This document shows, piece after piece, positions 57,453 through 64,000 of a DNA stretch of 64,000 bases. How positions within the stretch are numbered: the stretch's first letter is position 1; every line of letters begins with the position of its first letter. Source of the stretch: a virus (taxonomy: Duplodnaviria > Caudoviricetes); IMG/VR virus record IMGVR_UViG_3300025320_000152, positions 18,931 to 82,930 of that record; one strand, 5' to 3'. The notes under the pieces were generated by a model. The model made no database searches, was not told the origin of the DNA, and was given only the letters and a program-made list of their open reading frames with translations. The position numbers and the translations under genes are program-made.

Positions 57453-58261
57453 TGCTGGGGGACGTGCGCGCGCACCTGGTCGAGAAGGCTCTGATCGAGC
57501 CGCCGCGCCCGGACGACGTGCTGCACCCCAGCGACATCAGCGCCGACGGCTGGTGCCCGCGCGCGGCATACCACCAGCTGAATCACCCGACGCGGGAAGT
57601 CCTGAACTTCCGTCAGCGCAACATGTTCGCCTACGGTCACGCGGCTCACGACCGATTTCAGGGCTGGCTCGCGGAGATGGGCGAGCTGGAGGGCATGTGG
57701 AAGTGCCTGGTGTGCAACTACAAGTGGTACGGGCGCGGAGTGCAGGTGTGCGACGTGTGCAAGTCGAACGTCGTGCAGTACAAGGAGTTGCCGTTGGAGC
57801 TGCCCAGCCACCTGATCTCCGGGCACAGCGACGGGTTCCTCTACCGCAAGTCCACGATTCTGGAGATCAAGACCGTGGGCGAAGGCACCGTGCGCCACGC
57901 CTCCCCGGCCCTGGTTCGCGCCCACACCCACACCCTCGACGGCAGCCAGATCGTGGACGTCAACGGACTGTGGGGCGACATCCGGCGCCCGTTCCCCGCG
58001 CACCTGCGCCAGGGGATGACCTACCTGCACCTGGCCCGCGAGCGGGGCCTTGAGGCCGACCAGGTGACGTTCGTGTACGAGTCCAAGATGAATCAGGACA
58101 CGAAGGAGTACACCGTCGAGTACAGCATCGAGCCCATCAAGGCCATGCTGGCGGGCGCCCGGCAGGTCGCGATGGCCATGGACGGGACCGGCCCGGAACC
58201 GATCTGCCGTGACGGGTCGGGGTCGTGCGAGTCCTGCCAGGCGCTGGGGCTGGCCGCGTGA
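57326..58261 (+). CDS. Cas4-like PD-(D/E)XK exonuclease
   Basis: HPSDI...WCPR; GHSDG...LEIKT; terminal C...C..C; GAGGAG RBS before 57326. Confidence 0.78.
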   Translation: MAASHRRTLPARQAQEAAPASAKRKRHLGLSEILTSRRVPTVVLGDVRAHLVEKALIEPPRPDDVLHPSDISADGWCPRAAYHQLNHPTREVLNFRQRNMFAYGHAAHDRFQGWLAEMGELEGMWKCLVCNYKWYGRGVQVCDVCKSNVVQYKELPLELPSHLISGHSDGFLYRKSTILEIKTVGEGTVRHASPALVRAHTHTLDGSQIVDVNGLWGDIRRPFPAHLRQGMTYLHLARERGLEADQVTFVYESKMNQDTKEYTVEYSIEPIKAMLAGARQVAMAMDGTGPEPICRDGSGSCESCQALGLAA

Positions 58262-58713
58262 GCGCCCGGGAGCGCGGCGAGCAGTGGCTCCGGGAGCGCG
58301 GGCTCGTGATCAGGGAGCCGGTGCAGTCTGAGCTGCCTGAACTTCCGCACGATCTGACCGCCCTGGGCGGCACCGAGCTCTCGGTGCTGCATACGGAGCT
58401 GGCGGCGTGGTGCGACTACGCCGAATCCCTGCTCTCCGGTGAGTCCGTCGAGGAGCGCGAGCAGGAGACACAGGTCAGTCGCCTGCAGCACAAGTACGCG
58501 CTGAGCGTCCAGGCGAAGACCATCACCGCGGCCAAGGCCATGGCGGCGATCGACCCGGTGGTCATGGCTGCCGAGGACGAGGCGCTGGAGGTCTACTCCC
58601 GCCGCAAGCAGTTGGAGGGCGCCGTGGAGGCGGCCAGGCGCAGGATGACGGTGGTCTCCCGGCAGATCACCATGCGCACCTCTCGTGACGCGCCCGGTCG
58701 GTGGACGCCGTGA
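58258..58713 (+). CDS. coiled-coil protein (UvsY-like mediator, tentative)
   Basis: All-helical; sits in the recombination cluster. Confidence 0.55.
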   Translation: MSARERGEQWLRERGLVIREPVQSELPELPHDLTALGGTELSVLHTELAAWCDYAESLLSGESVEEREQETQVSRLQHKYALSVQAKTITAAKAMAAIDPVVMAAEDEALEVYSRRKQLEGAVEAARRRMTVVSRQITMRTSRDAPGRWTP

Positions 58714-58916
58714 ACTGGCTGCTGGTCACCGACGGAAGCCGCGTCCACGTCGTTCCCGTCGGGGACGTGATCGAACACGAGATAGACCCGGCGCTCCAGC
58801 CGTGCGTGTGCTTGCCGATGTGCCGGCCGCTGTACTGCGAGCACGGCGATCACATCGGCTGGCTGCTCCAGCACTCGGTTCTCTCCCCCGAACCTCAAGG
58901 ACACGAGCATGGATGA
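58710..58916 (+). CDS. small His/Cys-rich hypothetical protein
   Basis: HVVPVGDVIEH...CVC...HS. Confidence 0.6.
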   Translation: MNWLLVTDGSRVHVVPVGDVIEHEIDPALQPCVCLPMCRPLYCEHGDHIGWLLQHSVLSPEPQGHEHG

Positions 58917-59781
58917 GATCGACGCAACCCAGCCCAAGGTGCTGCTCGCCGGGGACACCCACGGCTTCATCCAACACATCCGCTACCTCCTGGACATCGC
59001 CGAGCGCGAGGGATGCGCCCACGTGTTCCAGCTCGGCGACTTCGGTTACTGGCCGCACACCGGTGACGGCCGGGCGTTCCTGCGCGACGTCGAGAAGTTC
59101 GCCGGCAAGGTCGGGCGCATCATCTACTGGCTCGACGGCAACCACGACAAGTCCTCGCTCATCGACCACAGCGAGAAGGACGGGCACGGCTTCGTCCTGG
59201 TCAGCGAACACGTGCGCTACGCGCCGCGCGGACACCGGTGGACGTGGGCCGGAACACGCTTCATCGCGCTCGGCGGCGCCTACTCCGTGGACAAGTCCTG
59301 GCGCCTGGAGCAAGAGGCGGCGAGGAACCAGAGGTACGCGGCGGAGACCGCCCTGTACGGCAAGCGTCCCCGCAGCGCGGACGAGCTGCTGTGGTTCCCC
59401 GAGGAGGAGCTGACCGACGCCGAGCTGGCGCAGGCCCTGGCCAACCCGGAGCTGGTGGACGTCATGCTCACCCACGACAAGCCGCGGGCCTCCGACCCAC
59501 GGTGGAACCGCAAGAACATGCCCGAATGCCTCCCGAATCAGGACCGTATCCAAGCCGCCGTCGACGCGCTGCGGCCACGGCTGCTGGTGCACGGCCACCT
59601 GCACTTCCCGTACCGCGACCAGATCCGTGCGGGCGGCAAGGGCTGGACGACGGTGGTCGGGCTCGACTGCGACGCGGAGGCGGCCCAGAACTGGGACTAC
59701 GACAAGAAGGACTCGTGGACCGTGCTGAGTCTTGAGGCCGCCGGCCGGACCTCCAACTGTGGGGAGCTCGACCGTGGATGA
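58909..59781 (+). CDS. calcineurin-like metallophosphoesterase
   Basis: GDTHG, QLGDFG, DGNHD, HGHLH. Confidence 0.9.
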   Translation: MDEIDATQPKVLLAGDTHGFIQHIRYLLDIAEREGCAHVFQLGDFGYWPHTGDGRAFLRDVEKFAGKVGRIIYWLDGNHDKSSLIDHSEKDGHGFVLVSEHVRYAPRGHRWTWAGTRFIALGGAYSVDKSWRLEQEAARNQRYAAETALYGKRPRSADELLWFPEEELTDAELAQALANPELVDVMLTHDKPRASDPRWNRKNMPECLPNQDRIQAAVDALRPRLLVHGHLHFPYRDQIRAGGKGWTTVVGLDCDAEAAQNWDYDKKDSWTVLSLEAAGRTSNCGELDRG

Positions 59782-60343
59782 CGTGTACATCGGCATCGAC
59801 CCGTCCTACACGGGCCTGGCCATCAGTGTGCTGCGCGGCGCGGCGGAGCACACGACCTACCTCGACGCGTTCCCCAAGGAGAAGTACGGCGACGGCGTCG
59901 ACCGCTTGATCGCGATCCGGTCGCACATCAACGGTGTCATCACCACCTGGGCGATGCGCGCGCGGATCAAGCACATCTGCATCGAGGGATACGCGCACGG
60001 CCGGATCAACGGCCGGGAGATCGCGGGCGAGCTGGGAGCCTCGGTCAAGCAGTCGATCCACTACGCGCTCGCCGGCCAGGTCCGCTACCCCACGATCGTT
60101 CCCCCCGCCACGCTCAAGCTGTTCGCGACCGGCAAGGGAACCTCGCCGAAGAACGTCGTTTTGCTCAGGGTGTACCAGAAGTGGGGGGTCGAGTTCACCG
60201 ACGACAACAAGGCCGACGCGTACGTCCTCGCCTGCATCGCGCGGGCCCTGGAGGGCCACGAGCCGGTGGAGTTCGACTACGAGCGCAAGGCGATAAAGGC
60301 CCTGACACCGCACACGGAATCACATTCGTTAACAAGGCCTTGA
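59774..60343 (+). CDS. ruvC: RuvC-like Holliday junction resolvase
   Basis: IGIDPSYTG, ICIEGY, DDNKADA. Confidence 0.85.
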   Translation: MDDVYIGIDPSYTGLAISVLRGAAEHTTYLDAFPKEKYGDGVDRLIAIRSHINGVITTWAMRARIKHICIEGYAHGRINGREIAGELGASVKQSIHYALAGQVRYPTIVPPATLKLFATGKGTSPKNVVLLRVYQKWGVEFTDDNKADAYVLACIARALEGHEPVEFDYERKAIKALTPHTESHSLTRP

Positions 60344-60394
60344 CTAAGAGATCTACGCTGACTCCGACAGTACCCCGCATAAACGGAGCAGATC

Positions 60395-60694
60395 ATGGGC
60401 ATCAAGCTCTTGAAGGTATCTTCCGGCACGGGCGCGGTCGAGCTCGCCTCAGCGCTCGCCCACTCCCTCTACGCCAACCGCGCCGCCAAGCTGCGCGCGG
60501 TCGGCCCGATGGCCGTGAGCCAGGCGGCGAAGTCCGTGGCCATCGCCCAGGGGTACGCCAACACGCGTGACCTGGTGCTCTCCACCGCCATCGCGTTCGT
60601 CGACGTGACGATGCCGGAGGGGAAGGTCAGCGGGCTGGAGTTCACCGTGACCGCTACCGACTCCCAGGTTCCTGCGGTTACCCTGAATATGTAG
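60395..60694 (+). CDS. spoVS: SpoVS-family protein
   Basis: LLKVSS...LRAVGPMAVSQAAKSVAIAQGY...AFVDV parallels the SpoVS consensus LKVS...QAIGAGALNQAVKAVAIARG. Confidence 0.82.
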   Translation: MGIKLLKVSSGTGAVELASALAHSLYANRAAKLRAVGPMAVSQAAKSVAIAQGYANTRDLVLSTAIAFVDVTMPEGKVSGLEFTVTATDSQVPAVTLNM

Positions 60695-60738
60695 ACGTCA
60701 TGGAGCTTATCCGGTGCAGGATGCGCCTGGAGGGCGTC

Positions 60739-61068
60739 ATGGCCAAGAGCAAGAACCTCGTGAGCGGCCAGTTCCCGGTCGTGGGCACCTCCGACGCGAC
60801 CTCTGTCACCGCCGTCCCGGTCCGGGGCGCGAAGCTCGTGGCGAAGCAGGGCGTGAACAAGTCCGGCGACCCGGTCCACGAGCCGCACACCCCGCGCTCG
60901 AACGTCGCCGAGACCTCCGGCGCCCGGTACGCGGTCACCGTCACGCGTGCCTACCCGGGCCGCGCCGAGGGTATCGGGCGCAACGTCCACCTCGTACCGG
61001 CAACCCACACCCAGGGCTCGACGTTTGCCACCGCCGTCAACGAGTTCCAGCACGGGATGGCCCGATGA
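60739..61068 (+). CDS. hypothetical protein
   Basis: GGAGGG RBS. Confidence 0.6.
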   Translation: MAKSKNLVSGQFPVVGTSDATSVTAVPVRGAKLVAKQGVNKSGDPVHEPHTPRSNVAETSGARYAVTVTRAYPGRAEGIGRNVHLVPATHTQGSTFATAVNEFQHGMAR

Positions 61069-61586
61069 GCGCAAACCTCTCCTACGCCCCGCCCTTCGGC
61101 GCCGGACAGCCCGGCTCGCAGGTCTACGGGGGCGGTGGCACCCCGCTGGTCGGCGCGCACTCCATCATGGACGCGCGTCGCATGATGCTGACGGGCCGCG
61201 CACCGCAGGCCAACTATCCGGATGGATATCTGGGCACGATCATTGACCGGCGTCAGGACCGGCTGATGACGGCCCTGCAGGGGCGCGTGACCGAGCGCAA
61301 CTACCAGCGCGGCGTACATAAGGGTGTTCATATAGACTACAAGGACTACTACTGGACCAGGGACCTCAACCTGTACTCGGGCCTGGACGCCGAGGAGAAG
61401 GGCAAGCGGTGGACTGTCACCGGCCAGCCCGCCCCCGAACGCCCGCACATCCCGACCGGCGCAGGCAGTGTCGCAGACCAGTTCAACACCCCCGACCCGC
61501 AGATCCCCCCGTCGCCCGGCTCCGCCGGCGTCATCAACCCGAGGCGCACCGCGCAGCTCGCGCACCTGCGCCCGGCGTGGAGGTGA
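61065..61586 (+). CDS. conserved phage hypothetical protein
   Basis: YPDGYLGTI..RRQDRL...RNYQRGVHKG; ATGA coupling. Confidence 0.7.
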   Translation: MSANLSYAPPFGAGQPGSQVYGGGGTPLVGAHSIMDARRMMLTGRAPQANYPDGYLGTIIDRRQDRLMTALQGRVTERNYQRGVHKGVHIDYKDYYWTRDLNLYSGLDAEEKGKRWTVTGQPAPERPHIPTGAGSVADQFNTPDPQIPPSPGSAGVINPRRTAQLAHLRPAWR

Positions 61587-61588
61587 AC

Positions 61589-61798
61589 ATGGCCGCCGAC
61601 CAGAGCGTGAACGACCAGCACATGAACCCGATCCAGTTCAAGCACCACACCGGCGCCAGCACCGTACCGGCGCTCCTTCCCGGCGCGCTCGGCACCAGCT
61701 CGTCCGCGACCTCGTCCGGCATGCCGCCCACCGCAGCCTCGACGTGGCTGACCGTGGAGAGCTACAAGAACGCCGCCGACCAGGCCAACACCGTCTAA
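61589..61798 (+). CDS. hypothetical protein
   Basis: GGAGG RBS. Confidence 0.6.
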   Translation: MAADQSVNDQHMNPIQFKHHTGASTVPALLPGALGTSSSATSSGMPPTAASTWLTVESYKNAADQANTV

Positions 61799-61808
61799 GG
61801 AGGCCCCG

Positions 61809-62114
61809 ATGCAGCACGCCAACAGCGTCTACGACCAGAACAAGCCGTGGCAGAGCATGCAGGAGAACAAGGTCTCCGAGCGCATGGCCGGTCAGACGCG
61901 CCTGTCGAGCGCGCAGATCCAGGCGATCCGTCCACCGATCCCCAACCAGGGCTGCCCGCCTCCGCCGCGCTTCGGACTCGGCGAGCAGCGCCAGCCCACG
62001 ATCGACGACGTCCTGCGGCATGTGGACACCCGCTGGCCCACCCGGCGCATCGACTACTCCGGCAGCCAGGCCGGCGTCCAGTCCACCAGCTACCCGGCAC
62101 TCGGGGTGATGTGA
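61809..62114 (+). CDS. hypothetical protein
   Basis: AAGGAGG RBS. Confidence 0.7.
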   Translation: MQHANSVYDQNKPWQSMQENKVSERMAGQTRLSSAQIQAIRPPIPNQGCPPPPRFGLGEQRQPTIDDVLRHVDTRWPTRRIDYSGSQAGVQSTSYPALGVM

Positions 62115-62329
62115 TGGACGGACTCGGCGGCAAGAAGGTCGCACTCGGCGGCCACAAGACCAACGACCGGCGTTTCGCCGTCAACGGCAGGACCGCAGGC
62201 ACCGTCGTGCACGTCAAGGGTCAGGGCGGCCACAAGCACCGGCTCGCGCAGGGGTTCCTGCACGGCGCCGGCGACCACGCCCACACCGCGATCCCCACGC
62301 AGTCCAAGCCCCGAGAGGTGAAGTTCTGA
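62114..62329 (+). CDS. small basic His/Gly-rich protein
   Basis: TGATG coupling at both ends. Confidence 0.5.
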   Translation: MDGLGGKKVALGGHKTNDRRFAVNGRTAGTVVHVKGQGGHKHRLAQGFLHGAGDHAHTAIPTQSKPREVKF

Positions 62330-62574
62330 TGGCATATGCACCGATGCGGTCGATGAACGCCGAGCTGGCCACCGGCGCGGCCGAGGGCCGCTACAAGCAG
62401 GTCGTGACCGATCGCGGCGGGTTCCCCGAGGCCGCGACGTACGACGAGCGCAGCGACCTGCACGATGTGTACTTCGGCATCCACGAGCAGGACGAAAAGC
62501 AGCTGCCTGGGATGGTGAGGCCGGAGCGGACCCAGGCGTACCGCGCGACGCCGAAGGCCGACCCCTGGCACTGA
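62329..62574 (+). CDS. hypothetical protein
   Basis: TGATG coupling; followed by a hairpin. Confidence 0.65.
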   Translation: MAYAPMRSMNAELATGAAEGRYKQVVTDRGGFPEAATYDERSDLHDVYFGIHEQDEKQLPGMVRPERTQAYRATPKADPWH

Positions 62575-62606
62575 TCGCAAATCACAGAACCCTGCAATGC
62601 ACATCG

Positions 62607-62629
62607 GCCCCCGGAAGCGCTCCGGGGGC
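62607..62629 (+). terminator. putative terminator hairpin
   Basis: GCCCCCGGA/TCCGGGGGC stem; no U-tract. Confidence 0.45.
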
Positions 62630-62730
62630 TCATGTGCGCACAGAGGGCGCTCACGGGGTTACAACGCGCGCCCTCCCCCGGTAATGTGCATCGCAACGTA
62701 CATGCACCCACACGCCAGGGGCCATCACCC

Positions 62731-63063
62731 ATGAGTTCAGACCAGACCTCGTCCTTCCCGTATGGCGGCCGAGCGCAGGTGACCAACGTCGCCCACGGCC
62801 GCATCGGAAACCTCGTCCAGATGGGCGACCACCACGGCGATATCAATCTGACCAACGACTTCAACGGCAGCACCCGGGGATACATCGCGTCGAGCGTTCA
62901 GTCGTCCAGTCCCCCCGAGGACGTCTCACCTGAAGTCATCGCGAAGCGCCAAGCGCTGATGACGGAGTGCTTCGAGTTCATCGGGGCTGTCGCCAATGCC
63001 GATCTCGGGAAGGTCTCACGCGATGCCGAAGACCTTACTCGCCGGATCCTGGAGCAGGAATAA
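62731..63063 (+). CDS. accessory hypothetical protein
   Basis: ORF with more mixed codon usage. Confidence 0.55.
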   Translation: MSSDQTSSFPYGGRAQVTNVAHGRIGNLVQMGDHHGDINLTNDFNGSTRGYIASSVQSSSPPEDVSPEVIAKRQALMTECFEFIGAVANADLGKVSRDAEDLTRRILEQE

Positions 63064-63070
63064 GCGACCA

Positions 63071-63607
63071 GTGATCCCGGAAGAATCAATTAAGGCAGCC
63101 GCCACGTGGTGGACAGCCCAACTGCTCGACGTTGACTTCGTCGGCTTCAGCCCGGATGATCCAGGCCTCGGGGAGCATGTGTCGGGCGCCGAGATGCGCG
63201 CGACGAAGAAGCGGGCCGTGACACGGGACGCGGCTCTGACGTTCTACACGCAGTTGTGCACTACGGTCGCCAAGTCGATCGAGAGCGGAACGCTGTTCAA
63301 CCTGGACAGCCTCGACACCGACATAGTGGGCAACAGGAACGTCTTCGTCCTCGCCGTCAGCTATGACCCGTGCCCGATGATCGCCGATGCGCTGGAAGCG
63401 GCTGGAATCAATCCCATTCTCAAGGTGCTGCCGTTCAAGGCGCGTACCGTCATGGCGGCGGACTTCGCGGCGGCCCAGACACACCATGGCCCCGCAACCA
63501 TACTCTGGAGCACCTCGGGGCCGCATGACGTGCTCTGTCGAGCTCGGATAGCGGAGGACCAGCACTGTGCCCTCCCGGTACTCCACGGCGGCAAACACGC
63601 GCTCTGA
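63071..63607 (+). CDS. accessory hypothetical protein
   Basis: ORF with more mixed codon usage; GTG shortly after the previous stop. Confidence 0.6.
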   Translation: MIPEESIKAAATWWTAQLLDVDFVGFSPDDPGLGEHVSGAEMRATKKRAVTRDAALTFYTQLCTTVAKSIESGTLFNLDSLDTDIVGNRNVFVLAVSYDPCPMIADALEAAGINPILKVLPFKARTVMAADFAAAQTHHGPATILWSTSGPHDVLCRARIAEDQHCALPVLHGGKHAL

Positions 63608-63778
63608 GAGACGCCCCCCGATCCTCCCAGCTCATCGGTGGTGAGCCGGGGGGCGTGGTGGATCGGGGGGCGCCTGGTCCGCGCGTGCTGGTGGGTGGGG
63701 GACGCTCATCACCAGCGGCGCGGGGTTGCCCGCCACCGCTTGGGGCAACTAGCTAGCGGCGGCGGGCAGTTCGTGGGG

Positions 63779-64000
63779 TTACTTTCCTCGGCGGTGAAGC
63801 TTGCGCTGGGTCTTGAGTTCCTCGGTAAAGGCGGGAATCTTCTCGTCAGGCAAGTCGATCAAGCCGTGTGCGTGCAACACGCCCTGCTTGCCGCTGGTCG
63901 TGGGCGCTTTCTTGAGGTCCTTGAGCGTCGATGTGATCTCGCGGGTGATGGCCTTGCGCTCCTGCTTGTCCTGCGGTGTCTGCTTCTCTCGCTTGGACAT
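63779..64000 (-). CDS. small basic hypothetical protein
   Basis: ATG is at the window edge; Lys/Arg-rich. Confidence 0.55.
   Translation of the reverse strand: MSKREKQTPQDKQERKAITREITSTLKDLKKAPTTSGKQGVLHAHGLIDLPDEKIPAFTEELKTQRKLHRRGK

Noticed and set aside
55324-60694. recA...phosphoesterase...spoVS order as a captured Bacillus-like recA-ymdB-spoVS block
   Set aside because: The genes are interspersed with typical phage genes, and the phosphoesterase shows no YmdB-specific features I can recognise.
1-64000. Many long alternative-frame ORFs (e.g. 52476-54386 -, 48202-49899 -, 27038-28309 -)
   Set aside because: High-GC shadow ORFs overlapping well-supported genes, with Arg/Gly/Pro-rich nonsense composition.
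1-64000. tRNA/rRNA genes, IS elements, reverse transcriptase/DGR
   Set aside because: No cloverleaf, transposase, RT motif or template/variable repeat pair was recognised.

Overview
High-GC actinobacterial phage or prophage with contractile-tail (myovirus) architecture, occupying the whole window. Layout: a leftward cassette of small unknown genes punctuated by terminators (1-4.65 kb); a 1.3 kb lower-GC, GATC-rich non-coding region; an XRE/MmyB-like regulator, Lsr2-like protein and tyrosine recombinase (6.9-9.5 kb); terminase, HNH, portal, scaffold and capsid (12.8-22.2 kb); neck, sheath, tube, chaperone, tape measure, baseplate and CBM-bearing tail proteins plus a holin (22-42.5 kb); a replication/recombination arm (initiator-like HTH, DnaC-like loader, DnaB, primase, SNF2 helicase, SSB, family A polymerase, RecA, Hjc-like and RuvC-like resolvases, WhiB, Cas4-like exonuclease, phosphoesterase, SpoVS-like; 42.6-60.7 kb); then small unknown genes. 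Main discovery: the major capsid gene (19987-22158) is split into five exons by four ORF-less group I introns of 276, 294, 311 and 307 nt. Removing them at U|...G| junctions restores one uninterrupted 327-codon capsid ORF. The introns use two different core types and share a 3' module. Other signals: a probable +1 frameshift in the tail chaperone, a recurring TAGC(A/T)GCTA operator-like palindrome, and short AT-rich synonymous-codon islands in virion genes. All protein calls are motif recognition by eye; no database searches were run.
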